DNA from: Octopus vulgaris
Taxonomy: Eukaryota
Reading direction: 5' to 3'
Length of the DNA: 64,000 nucleotides
Assembly (NCBI GenBank): GCA_951406725.2
Contig: OX597820.1
Span: 61,070,001 to 61,134,000, forward strand
Numbering within the stretch: the stretch's first letter is position 1; each line of letters starts with the position of its first letter. Positions 13,785 to 27,051 of the stretch are shown piece by piece. The notes beneath the pieces were generated by a model that was not told the DNA's origin, did no database searches, and worked only from the letters and a program-made list of their open reading frames with translations. A program made the translations under genes and the position numbers.

Positions 13785-14167
13785 TATATTTAAATTCCAA
13801 GGGATCTCCAGTATCTGTATTACTTTTTGACACAGTTTTATTTGCTGAAAATGGAGGAAGGTATAGTTCCCATGACCTCTTAAAGGCTCTCCTATATTCA
13901 ATTTAACTGTTGCTATTCAATGTCTGCAATAAAAAAAATTAATAAGGAGAGAGACTTCCAGAGAAGCAGCCTTCTAGGTAGGAAAACCCGTGTACTCTGG
14001 TTACTGGGTGGCCTGAGGTAAGACAAAAAAATGGGTGATAAAGAAAGGAGAAATGAGCAAGTAGAAAAAACGGTAGAAAAAACGGAGAGAGCCAGAAACT
14101 AGAACGTGTCTGTGAATGAGGTATACCAATCCATCAAGTGTCCTTCCACTGTATTAAAGATATACAG

Positions 14168-14223
<56 letters not shown>

Positions 14224-14235
14224 GTATGTATATAT

Positions 14236-14894
14236 AGCTCATTACAACTGTTTCATACTTAACCTTTTAATAGATGCGAACATTACATCGTTATAAAAGA
14301 ACGTGTGAGGGCGCGTGGCTTAGTGGTTAGGGCATTCGGCTCATGATCGTAAGGTTGTGAGTTCGATTCCCGGCGACGCGTTGTGTCCTTGAGCAAGACA
14401 CTTTATTTCACGTTGCTCCAGTCCACTCAGCTGGCAAAAATGAGTTGTACTTGTATTTCAAAGGGTCAGCCTTGTCACTCTCTGTGTCACGCTGATTATC
14501 CCCGAGAACTACGTTAAGGGTACACGTGTCTGTGGAATGCTCAGCCATTTGCACGTTAATTTCACGAGCAAGCTGTTCCGTTGATCGTATCAGCTGGGAC
14601 CCTCGTCGTCGTAACCGGCGGAGTCTTTTAAATAAAAGAACGTAATCATCAGATGAGATGTAATTTTTACAAAGCAAAGAAATATCCCAAGAATACAGCC
14701 AGGATGTGGCTAGAATCTGTCGAGGCCATTTCACAGTTGACCTCGACAGACTCTAGCCACATCCTGGCTGTATTCTTGAGATAATCCTTTGCTTTGTAAA
14801 ATTACTTCTCATCTGATTATTGCGGTCTTTTATAATGATGCAATGTTCTTATTTTTCTATTAAAAGATTACGTAAGAAACAGTCGTAATGAGCT
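14236..14894. mobile_element. Inverted-repeat element with paired hammerhead motifs; left arm interrupted by a SINE
   Basis: Arms 14236-14304 + 14632-14726 versus 14739-14894; CTCAT-CTGAT(G/T)A...GAAAC-AGT(T/C)-GTA-ATGAG on each arm; adjacent (TA)n. Confidence 0.7.
14305..14631 (+). mobile_element. tRNA-derived CORE-type SINE with 12-bp TSD
   Basis: A box TGGCTTAGTGG, B box GTTCGATTCC, CORE-like TGTGTCCTTGAGCAAGACACTT; TSD ATAAAAGAACGT at 14293-304 and 14632-43. Confidence 0.85.
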
Positions 14895-15481
14895 GGCAAT
14901 TATCCATCGTTTGTTGTTATTCATTTGATTATAATACACCAAGGTAACTTTCGACTTGTCGGATACTCTAAAGTATACCAACAACGTACTATTCAAAGTA
15001 ACGCGTAATTTAGACCGGCCCCTTAGGCGCTAAATACTCATAGGATTGGTTTTCTCTGTGTGCACTACCGAAATGTCCTATTTGATATTTCGACTCTCAC
15101 CAACCATAGGCCTGAACCACAAAGATTACTAAACCCTATCTGGTTCATACCTTTTCAAATACCTGAAGACGGAAAGTGTGACTGAAGAGGTCACAGATGT
15201 GTGACGAAAGATTTCCCGACAATGGACATGAGTTAAAATAAGAACAGTAATAAACGAATGAAGAACGAATATGTAGTGCAAGTATTTATTTGGCAAAAAA
15301 AAATAACAAATAACCATCCCGAAATAACAATATATATATATATCAAACCAAATAGTGACATTTTAAAATACGTATATTCCAAATTTGCGTGGTATATCAT
15401 TGAATTGAATTGGACTGGTTTCAGTTCATGAGCTGTGGCCATGCTGGGGAACCACCATTTGGTGTTGTTACATTTACTTCA

Positions 15482-15810
15482 CTAATTCAATTTGGAACTT
15501 GACATTTGGTGCTTGAGAGAGTTTGACACCGTTGCCCTCACTTGCACTTCCTGCCGTGAAGTTGGTTCATCTAGGACTCTTGACAGTAAGAGATCTAGTT
15601 TCATTTTGAAGACACCTACATCTACCCCATGCAGGTCTCTCAGGTCCTTCGGGCGGACACTGAAGAGCTGTGGTCCTTTAAAGCCCAGGCTGTTGCAATA
15701 TCTTGTCCTATATTTTGATGGCAAAGTTGGAATCTTTGGCACTATGCAGTGGCACCCTGTTCTGGCGTTAGTGTAACTCTCAATGTCAAAGTTTGATTCG
15801 ATCTTCCAGA
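15482..15810 (-). mobile_element. Non-LTR retrotransposon 3' ORF fragment (CR1-group-like)
   Basis: NSLGFKGPQLF..PKDLRDL..VFKMKLDLLLSRVLDEP. Confidence 0.65.
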
Positions 15811-15891
15811 TATATATTACGGCATATCTTATTATATGATATGATATAATGATTATATTTGATTATATTATATATGATATAATATATAGTG

Positions 15892-15921
<30 letters not shown>

Positions 15922-15925
<4 letters not shown>

Positions 15926-16082
15926 AAACTTCATAAAAGAAAACACAGAAGACGTAGACAAGTGGTGTAGACAACAAACAGATTCATTAGTTAAACACTC
16001 GGGATGTGAAAAAGTCTTTAACGTTTCGAGCCTACGCTCTTCCACAGAAAGGAACACAAAAAGAAACAAGAAGAGAAAATAA
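15922..16082 (-). repeat. (TA)n-adjacent repeat with hammerhead-like motif (second copy 51290-51447)
   Basis: - strand CTGT(G/A)GA-A-GAGC-(G/A)TAG-GCTC-GAAA-CG-T(T/A)-AAAGAC in both copies. Confidence 0.6.
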
Positions 16083-16346
16083 TCATCATTGCATCTTATA
16101 CGACTCGATGACAGTAAAACCTAGGCTGTCCAGACTCCACTTATGCGGACACTCTAACGGCGATTTGGAGTAATCTGTTATATTTGACTTGAGTCAAAAG
16201 TTCTAGTACCGTGTACCGCTTCTTAGCGATATATATATATATGCATTTATAAATATATGTATGTGAGTGTGTGTGTATACATATTTATATATATACATGC
16301 ATATGTATAGATGTGTATATGCGTATGTGTGTGCCCGTGAGTGTGC

Positions 16347-16400
<54 letters not shown>

Positions 16401-16403
<3 letters not shown>

Positions 16404-17279
16404 GGAAAAATACGAGCAAGAGAAATATTCTTAAGATTATAAACCTGGAAAATTACAGGACAAGTTATTAATCTTGGAAAATTCAGGACAACTTATTACA
16501 TTTGGTAAAGTAAGGAACAAGAAAATTTTTACTTAAAATATTGCAGCTAAGGATAAAATTTCAAATGAAATATTTAAATTTAGAAAATATTAGCTTTTAT
16601 TAAAACTTAAAATTTTATTACAAGTTATTACTTTTATTTGTTATTACTTGTTACTTCTAGGAAAAATAAAAAAAGTAACTCAATAAAAATATTTTTTGCA
16701 CTTTAAAAACATTTCATTTTTTAATTATTAATTAATAATTAGAAATTTGAAAATAGGTTATAAAAAAATAATAGTAGTACTTAATTAGTTAGTACAATAA
16801 ATAGAATAATACAAAAATTAGTTATATATTACAGTAAAATCTACCTATAACAACAAATTCACAGTAAAATTTGCTTGAGGTATTGCCTAAATTATTGCCA
16901 AGTCTTCTCAAAGTCTTGATCCAAAGACTATTTTTTACATAATGAATTTGCCTACCATATTTAATATTCTACTTAGCATAAAACTTTAGCTATATTGGTA
17001 CTTCTGGCTTTCAGTTTTTAAGTATTCTAGTGTGTCAATATTCTACAAAATGATGGTACTTTTTTTAATTATAATGTTATTTTGTAAATTAAAATCAAAT
17101 AATTTTTAATATTCAAATTTTATCCTTTGCTGCAATATTTTAAGTAAAAGTTTTCTTGTTCTGTACTTTACCAGATGTAATAAGTTGTCCTGAGCTTTTC
17201 CAAGTGTAATAGCTTGTCCTGTAATTTTCCAGGTTTATAATCTTAAGAATATTATTTCTCTTGCTCGTATTTTTCCATG
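16401..17279. mobile_element. Foldback/MITE-like element with ~180-bp inverted arms
   Basis: 16401-16580 inverted to ~17100-17279; internal subrepeats GGAAAATT(A)CAGGACAA(G/C)TTATTA. Confidence 0.75.
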
Positions 17280-17659
17280 TAATCCTTGTTTTTTCCAGGC
17301 TATGATATTATGCTTATTAATAATGTGTCAATTAATAATTTAAGATTTTACCTTATTGAAAATTGAATAATAAATTTAATAAATTTTTTAATGATATTTT
17401 AAAAACTAGCGTGTCGTAAATTTTCCCTTACCTCAATGATGCCGGTGATATATATCAAAAGTCCCCCTAAAGAACTATGTTCAAAAAAAAGTTTCGAACT
17501 ATATTATCATTTTCAAATTTGAGAAACAAGCACTCATAACTTTCTTTCTTTTAAAACTTCATTGCATGAGATTGATACCATGAAATTCCTCGAATTGAGC
17601 TCTATCATTTAAGCTTCATTAAAATATAGTTTGTTATAAAATTTAAAAAAAGTTAATTA

Positions 17660-18065
17660 TACGCGTAGGAGTGGCTGTGGGGTAAGTAGCTTGCTTACGA
17701 ACCACATGGTTCTGGGTTCAGTCCCACTGCGTGGCACCTTGGGCAAGTGTCTTCTACTATAGTGAGTGGATTTGGTAGACGGAAACTGAAAGAAGCCCTT
17801 CGTATATATGTATATGTGTATGTATGTGTGTGTATATATATATGTTTGTGTGTCTGTGTTTGTTCCCCCAACATCGCTTGACAACCGATGCTGGTGTGTT
17901 TACGTCCCCGTAACTTAGCGGTTCGGCATAAAAGATCGATAGAATAAGTACTAGGCTTACAAAGAATAAGTCCTGGGGTCGATTTGCACGACAAAAGGCA
18001 GTGCTCCGACATGGCCACAGTCAAATGACTGAAACAGGTAAGAAGGTAAAAGAGTAAAGAGAGTG
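17660..18065 (+). mobile_element. SINE family A
   Basis: As above, full length. Confidence 0.88.
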
Positions 18066-18427
18066 TACTTAAATTAAATGTTTTGCCTTACACATATTTT
18101 TTTCATGATATTTTACCTCACAACTTTTTTTGATACAAATTTTTATTGCATAAGACCAATACTATGAAATTTCTCATGCTTTCTTCTATCATTGGAGCTA
18201 AGATATATATAATTTGCTTTTAGAATAAAAAAAAGTTATTTACATCTAAACTTCATTAGAGGCGTTACTTACTCTCCCATAACGTTGCTGCAAAGTCTGA
18301 TGTAAACTTTTTTCTACTAGACCAAAATCTTTTTTATGGTAAAAAACTATTTTATACCGTAATTGAATTATATATATGTATATTAACATACACATACACA
18401 TCATGTTTAAATGCATATATATATAAG

Positions 18428-18580
18428 GTAAGTAGCTCGCTTCCCAACAACATGGTTCTGTGTTCAGTCCCACAGCGTGACACCTTGGGCAAGTGTCTTC
18501 TACTATAGCCTAGGGCCGACCAAAGCCGTGTAAGTGGATTTGGTAGACGGAAACTGAAAGAAGTCCGTCATATATATATA

Positions 18581-18664
<84 letters not shown>

Positions 18665-18830
18665 CCCCATCGTTTGATAACCGATGTTGGTGTAATTACG
18701 ACCCCGTAACCTAGCGGTTTGACAAAACAGACCGACAGAATAAGTCCTTGAGGCGATTTGTTCGACTAAAGGCGGTGCTCCAGCATGGCCGCAGTCAAAT
18801 GACTGAAACAAGTAAAAGAATAAAAGAATA
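18428..18830 (+). mobile_element. SINE family A with expanded (TG)n
   Basis: As above; (TG)n at 18583-18659. Confidence 0.85.
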
Positions 18831-20718
18831 CATACACATTTCGTTTTTATATTTGGTTCGCAAGATTCTTTATGTGAATTCGTGTGTTGAAGCATATTTT
18901 ATTGTCTCTGGGGAGAGTCATTTTGTTTTAATACCTTATTAATCAACGCACTCAACGGTTCGATTTCCACTCTTTTACTTTTTTTTTCTAAAATTTCCGT
19001 TGCTTCTTGCCTCTTCACTAGTCGTTGACTCTGTTATCGGATCTGCGTTCTTTTTGTTTGTTTGTTTGTTTGTTTGTGTTCATGTGTGTTCGTTAGTGTG
19101 TATGTGTATACACATATGTATGTATGTACTATGTATGTATGTATCTATCATTCGTCACTCTACTCCAATCCTAAGTGTTTATTAAGCACACACACACACA
19201 CACATACACACTATATTTATTCATAATCTGTGCTATATTGGTGATCTCGTTCTTAATATCCAGTCGCCTTCATATCATTGTTTAAATTAAGTTCTGCTAC
19301 TCACAATTTTGTTTAAATTTTCCGGAAGTAACACTGTAGTTTTTAACTTGAGCAGCTTGAAAAGCAAAAGCAAGCGATTCTTGATGAGAGTTTAAAACAA
19401 GCCGAAACTACTCCGTTCAATCCTCATTTCAAATTTCCGAGAATTTTAAGCCGTTTCTTTGGTTTCTAGATTTTATGGCAAGTCGAGAAATGATTTTCAC
19501 CTTGATTTTTACCTTGAGATTCTCTCTTTCATCCTTTCTCTTTCATTCTCTTCTTTAATTAGAATCAGTGAGTTTTCAGAGGAGTCTGATTTCTTACGTC
19601 ATACAAAAGTGATCTGTCGCCTTTAAAAACCTTCAACTGCGTCTAAAATGAGAATCCCCACCAGAAGTTTTTCTCTATGGGGTTCCTTCTGTCACCTAAA
19701 TCTCCGACAAACATGTTTTCAAATTTTGTGTCCCCTAAGGTTTGTTTAAGATTTCTTCCTTTTTTTTGTATATTCATGAACACTTCGCTGTTATATCTAG
19801 CAATTCCCATAATACTATAAATAATATATTTCCTTTCTCTCTTCCTTCTGTACATAGTTGACATTCATACGTAACCTAGACATCTCTCACCAAACTCGAA
19901 TTCAGTAACGGATTTAGACTTAGTGAAGCCTCTACGCTATATATCTTTAGACATCTTTTTTTATAAAATTACACCAGAATATCTCACAAAAATTGAAAGC
20001 ATATAACCTTTTAATTGTTTTAATGCCCCCACATATTGTGGGTCATAAACTTTAGTTTGTGTAGCGTATACCTAAATCCGAGTCTTCCTGCGCTAGCAGC
20101 TTAAACAGAGACCTTGATAACATTCTTCACTGGAATCAACTTAATCTCCTTTAACAGCACGAAGATATAATCACTAACATATCCAAGAAACAAAATGGTA
20201 TTATATATGAATATATTGAACAAATCCCTTAAAATCGCTTCAAACTGCATTCCCCCCACTCACAATCTCTAATGATCTTTTCTGGTGTTCTCCCATACAT
20301 AACATTGGCAAAACTGTAATTCAAACACTAATATTTTTTATAGAACCTGAAAATATTTCAGCCTCGATTATCTGTTGCGTCACAAAATTCAATAAAATAT
20401 AATTTTTGAGATTTTGGTGTACTATTTCAAAATTTTGGAATGTGATTGTAGACACGAGGAAACGTCGTTGTACACATTCAAAAGATGGTCTTCTCCGAAG
20501 TCATAAACATCATACATGAAAAAGCATATAAATTAAACTTCGAAATATTGTAAGGTATATATATATATATATATATATGAGAAGTATTAGCATCCAGAAG
20601 ACCCAAGGTGGCAGGAGCGTAGTTAAACTCTCGGTTCGATAATAATATGAGTGAGGAGTCTAATGCGAGTCTTTTATATTGAACTCTACTATTTCCCTCT
20701 ATTTAATTCTCTCACATC

Positions 20719-20766
20719 GTCTCTGATGAAGGGATATCCCTAATATCCCAGAAACAGCTGTAAGTC
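20719..20766 (+). ncRNA. Minimal type I hammerhead ribozyme motif (Penelope-like pLTR type)
   Basis: GTCT-CTGATGA-A-GGGATAT/ATATCCC-A-GAAA-CAGCTG-TA-AGTC: intact core, 7-bp stem II, palindromic stem III; lies in a ~260-bp element flanked by (TA)n on both sides. Confidence 0.72.
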
Positions 20767-20832
20767 TAACTTTCTCTTTATAAATGTCCTGAAAATTCCA
20801 CATAGCCTTGGCTTTGTTGTCTTACTTTATTT

Positions 20833-20878
<46 letters not shown>

Positions 20879-20916
20879 CATACATACATGTGTGTGTATA
20901 TATATACGTGTGTCTG

Positions 20917-20954
<38 letters not shown>

Positions 20955-20955
<1 letters not shown>

Positions 20956-21220
20956 TTGGCTGTGTGATAAGTAGCTTGCTTACCAACCACATGGTTCTGG
21001 ATGTATGTATGTATGTATGTGTGTCTGTGTTTGTCCCCCCAACATCGCTTGACAGCCAATGCTGGTGTGTTTACGTCCCCGTAACTTAGCGGTTCGGCAA
21101 AACAGACCGATAGTATACGTACTAGGCTTCCAAAGAATAAGTCCTAGGCTCAGTTGTCTCGACTAAAGGCGGTGCACCAGCGTGGCCACAGTGAAATGAC
21201 TGACAGAAGAGTAAAAGAGT
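20955..21220 (+). mobile_element. SINE family A, internally deleted
   Basis: Head fragment joined to the 3' half. Confidence 0.8.
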
Positions 21221-24200
21221 ATATGTGTATGTGTGCGTGTGTGTGTAGTCGAATTTAAAGTTAAGGAATTAAGGTTTAGAACGGCATTAAACACAATAGC
21301 CAAACCTTGTTTCAGGGTAAGTCCCAGGTAGTGTGTCTGTGGAGCACCTTCACCACTTATGGCTACCAGACGTCATCAGAGATAGTGTGCATTCATCGTT
21401 GGATTTACATCCAGAACTCCAGAGTGCACGTAGGAAATATTTTAAAGATTATGATTTCACAGAGTTACATTTCGATTTCGCATCAAGGTAAATGGTGGTA
21501 TTGAGAGATTCTAGCAGTTCGGATATACCCTAAGCGAAATCGAAATGTAAATCTGTAAACTCATAAGCATATTATGTCACCTGAGGAGGCTCTTTTGCAC
21601 TGTGTGTTGCATCTGGTGTTATTACATCGTTGCACGCCCACTAGGGAGCAGTGCAACTTGAACCCGAAACGATTGTTTTTTGTTACACTCTGTCTTCTTT
21701 AATATATATATATATACACACACATAAGAGGGATGACCACTAAGTGGACACCCATATGCTAGAAGTCGAGCCCCCTATGGTCTTACCACTAAGAAAAGAA
21801 TGTTCTCAAGAAAATTTAGCAAACCCCAGAACGTAAGATACAAAATAAACAGATTAATCACAAGCCAATGTCGTTGTTACCACTTACGTAATCACTTAGG
21901 TAGAATGTCCGCAACTCGTCAGTGTGATCGTCATAGCAAAATATAATTTGAAGAACTATACACGGGACGTCCGCATGAGATTGAACATGTATATAGTTCT
22001 ACCAATTACATTTGGGGTTATATTTCAAAAGTCTTCTTTTTGGCGCGCCAAACTACCGGAAATAATTCTGCAGAAAATAATTCTCTGCAGTGAATTTTGC
22101 CGGTTAGAGAACATGGTTATTTAAATTTAAACTTAAAATAATAAGGGTGAAAAATTGAATATTAATTTGATTGATATCAATTTAAAACCAGTGGTCTAGC
22201 ATATAGACCACTTTTTCTGAGCCCTGCATTTGTGGAGATGTACACTTTTGTCGGGTATTTCAGGCAATATCTTCGTATTTTCAAGTACATTTCTAATTAT
22301 CTTAGCATCAGGTCCTTTTTCAATATGTTACGTATTTTCTTCGTTGTAAGTACCTGAGATATTGTAAGTACTAGAAATGTCTTCTCGGTAAGTTAATCTA
22401 CATTTAATCTAACATTTAAATTTATATTTATATATATAACAATTTAATAAATAAAACAAATGCATACATACATACACATACCTACATCTATATGTATATA
22501 CACAACGAGAAACGAAAGCATAAAAACAAAACATGGAAACGGACTTTTTTAACAACGAAAAAACAGAGTACAAGACATACAACACAAAATTCTCCTTCTT
22601 CAGCTGCCCCTGTTTCGACTTATTGCGTGTTTCGAAGGTAAGGGCAGGACACAACTTCGTGGAAACAATCCTTCCCGCAAAGCAAATTTTTTTGCGGAGG
22701 GGTAAAAAAGTGACAAGAACAGGACAGTAAAACCAATACAAATAAAGATAAAAACAGTAGAAGACAGGACAAAGAGAAACAAACGATAAGGGCCTTTTTA
22801 AGCCTAGACGGTAGAAAAATATATATATATATATATACAGCGGGGTGTATTATTGTTGGAAAATACTTGTTTCACAATAGTACATCTCATAATTTGTAGT
22901 TGAATCGAATTCACTCTACAGTTGATATTATTTTGGATAAATCCACACGCGTATTTGAGACAAACTTGATCTCGGTGGAGATTGAATTCAATAACGTAGA
23001 CAGCCGAAATTAAATACGTTTCCTTCTGTTGAAAAAGTTCCTGGTTTTGCGTAAAAGAAAATACAGTTAATTATGATTTTATTCAACATATTCCCTTCTC
23101 AGACCCACGCTTTTATTGCAACAGTTCTTCAGTTTTTCTGAGCCCTATAAAAGAATTCGAAAGTTTGGGCGTCTAACCAAGTCTTTTGCGATACTCTAAT
23201 AGTTAGGGTCTTTTCAGCGCCCCCACGTATATCGATGACCCAGTTTCTGCGAAATGAACCACAATAACATTATAATAAAAGCAATAAAAACAACAATTTT
23301 TTTCGGAAAAATTAACATTTCTTTATAAAGTTTAAAGCAGACAAAAATATAATAATCTGTGTATATGCCCATACTGAACAAACGCGTTTTTTATTTATGC
23401 ATGTATGCGTGAACATTTTTATTACTATGTATATGTGTGTGCTTGTGTAGAGAAAGAAATTTCTCTTTAAATGTAAAGATTTCTAGGAAAAGTGTAAAAC
23501 TTTAAAAGCAACCCATTCTGTCAAGATTTTTAGAAATGACTTTAATTCTCAGAAATGCGAAGTTCGAGTAGTTTGCATACAACGTATAGAGGAAGATTAC
23601 TGTCTACTAACAAAGATATATTTACACACACACATGCTCATGTACAAAATTACACGCATGCATACACACACACACACACACACATCGTTATACAGAACCT
23701 AGAAAATATGAAATTGCATATTTTTCTATAAATATATCAATAAATAATTTTAAAAATAAATATGAACATTTATTTTCGTTCGCACATACAAGAATATAAT
23801 CATATAACATGGAAATGTATGACCAAATTGTTCGCTAATAAATTAATTACAAAAGTTACAAAATTATTTAAGCTTATAATCTTGGACATAGTAAAAGGAA
23901 TTTTCACCCGAAGACTCCAAGAAAATGCCAAGCCAAATATCAATTTGGTAGGCGCTTTATGTGTTATATTAGAAACACGTCATTATTACTTGATTTGAGG
24001 ACAGGAATTTTGATAAAGTTTGTTTGGGTTAAAATATTTTTACCAACATTGAGGAAGAATACTTATATTGGTTAAATAATGTTAATTTATTTTTGTTGTT
24101 TTTTCTTTAGTGTAAGAATACTGTTTACTTTGCGTAGGTATTTGGACGATGTTTTTCTTATTAAAGAGTCAGTATCATTGTACATTTTTGTCGGGTATTT

Positions 24201-27051
24201 CAGGCAATATCTTCGTATTTTCAAGTACATTTCTAATTATCTTAGTATCACGTTCTTTTTCAATATGTTTACGCATTATTCTTCGTTGTAAGTACCTGAG
24301 ATATTGTAAGCACTAGAAATATCTTCTCGGTAAGTTAATCTACATTTAAGCTAACATTTTATCATGTATTTCGTAATTTTTGTTTAATTAGTTCGTAAAT
24401 TCTATGGGATCATTTAAATTTTCATATAACAGATACAATAACGACTTGTAACTGTCAAAGTTTATGTTTAGAGTCATTTTCTTCGTTTTTATTATTTTTC
24501 AATAAATGTTATATCTTTACACACATTTCTTTCTTTTAACGTAATTGTTTGATTATAAATTATAATACCTTTTCATCTGTTCTATCTATAATCTTGGTTT
24601 ATTTTACCACAGTAATTTTTGTAATTTTCGGTCCTTAAATATATCGATTTTTGTTCGTATTCTCTTTAAAATTCTTTAATCAAATATGTTTGAAGGGGTT
24701 ATGATTTTACGAGCCTTTTTAAGTTACACTTCCTTACAGTTTTTATCTACAACGATATTCTCTTTTCACATAATGTCAAATTTGCTGACGAGATGTGTGA
24801 AAAGTTTGTGATGTACGTGATATGTTGCATGCAGAAATTACGTTACAAGAGTGAATGTCGATGGACTTTGGAGTTTATGAGAAGGGATCTAGGGATAGTT
24901 TGTGATTTGGAGTTACTGTAAATATACAGGTGTCGAGTTGTCAGGCGTTTGAACGCCGGACAAAATATTTTGTAACTGTAGCACCTTAAAATTCCGATTT
25001 AACTCTCGCCGAGTTCAACTTTTCGTTCTTCCCGGATCGATAAAATAAAATTCCAGTTAAGTACAGGTTTAGTTTAGTGACTGACCTGTTGTTATCCAAG
25101 CTCATTTAAGCAAGAGGCTAAGAATTCAGAACGAATCTTCTTAACGCTGCTTCTGCTTTAAAGGTGGAAGAGGATGGAGACTCCAAAGACTACAGGATTC
25201 ATGTGAGGAACAACGATGCCCAAAATATTTATCTTTGAAACACATAATGATAGGAAAATGTCTCTATAATTATCGAGATTATGTGACACGTCGATCACCG
25301 TGACCGACGCATGTCAGAAGAAGAAGAAAATATATATGCGAAAGTTCGTTATGTGTTCAAGTCAGGGCCTATAAAAGTAGGAAAGATTCAGTCGATACAT
25401 TGGCCCATGAAGCCAGAGAGGCAAGAGAGACCTGTCACTATCTGCCGGCTCATTTCCTAAAAGAAAGAAAAGGAACTTCAGAGACCTCTTGAACTTTGAG
25501 AAGACATCTCCACAAATGCAGGGCTCGGAAACAATCTTGTTCTATCTTGCCAAATTTGTCTCTGAGGCCCTAGTTCAGGTGTAAGAACAAAACAACAAAA
25601 CAATAGACTATGTTTTGTATTTCCTTATAGATTATTCAGTATGGTAAGGTAAGGCCCATGGCTTTTCTTACAGAGACTCTAAAACGACTGGAAGGGAAAA
25701 GGTGGGGGGAAAACTACAACTAGAAGGTTGCTAAGTACTTGACGTTTTCAGTAACAGTTATCACTTTCTGACCCTAACCATTTTATTATACTTAAGTTCC
25801 TGCCGGGGGGGGGGGGTTCGTTCGTTGTGCAAGAACTTAACTTCTCGTGGAAGTAGTGAGTTTAAAGCTTTCATAAACTTCAGCAGTAGGAATCATTATA
25901 CTTTGTTAAAATGGCGAGCTGACAGAACCGCTAGCACGGGGGACAAAATGCTTAGAAACATTTCTTTCAGTTTTACGTTCTGAGCTCAAATGCCGCCGAG
26001 ATCGACTTTGCCTTTCATCTTATCGGGTTCGATAAAATAAGCACCAGTTGAGCACTAGAGTTGATATAATCGACTGCCTCCTCCCTTCAACGTTGCTAAC
26101 CTTGTGCTAAAAAAATTAGAAAGAAGTATAAATCTTAATAGATTCTAAAAACCTTTAGAAGGTGCGGATTCTATATGTTTAGGGGATACAGTGAAGGCAT
26201 CCAACGTGTACTTATTAGATAAGAATACTTTTTAAATAACGGCATTTTTTCCTACCAGCTTCCTATAATCAATATTGTTTAAAACGCCAGACGATTACTT
26301 ATTTACAGGGTTTTTCACGTTAAAATGATTTTACTTTGCGTGTCCTTCATCTTAATGTAACCTAGAAGTGATTCTCTTCCCTTTGACGGTAAATTCACCA
26401 GAAGTAACCACTTGTTCAATTTTACTTTACTCGGATATTGTATGACATTCTATTATGTTGGTGGTAATGCTTAGTCTTGACCAAAGCCGTGCTATGATCA
26501 AAGAGGCGTTCCAACTCGTCTCGTTTATTTATCTATTTTTTTATATAGTATGTCTAGGATATTATCGAATTATAAACAAGATGTAAGGAGATGTGATTTG
26601 TGAGAAATTTAGTAAGCAGGTTAGGCGACCGTATAGAGGTTGTTCATGGTATTTTATGTTAAAGCATTTAAATGATAACTTCCTTATTTGAAGATTATGA
26701 ATAAAGATACGGCCGATTTCTTTTTAATATGCTTATAACGTTATTAACTTCTGCTGTACATATATATTGAAAATATACTTAATATTATTTTAAGAATGAT
26801 TATCTATATTTGTCTAATGGCGATAAATTTAAACATCTTTTTAACATAGGCAAGAGAACCCGTGTTTAGCGGGAGTGGTGGGGGTGGGCATATAGTCGAT
26901 AATATTGAAGTCAGTTATTCAACCGTGCATATTTAATCGACCTAGACGAGATTCGAAATCAGCACGTTAAAAGACACAGCCAACTAAATACCGTAATAAA
27001 AACAGCATCAAATATATACTGAACATCAGTTTTAAAATAAAATTGTCTATA

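Noticed and set aside
14308-14380. tRNA-like sequences (also ~63203-63275 and other SINE heads)
   Set aside because: SINE heads with A/B boxes continuing into SINE bodies, with a TSD at 14.3 kb; not bona fide tRNA genes.
19400-20480. Possible decayed LINE endonuclease
   Set aside because: Motif traces too weak to support a call; the same applies to 3770-4090 and 37440-38000.
22600-22690. CTGAAGA and GAAAC motifs on the - strand
   Set aside because: Could not assemble consistent hammerhead stems.
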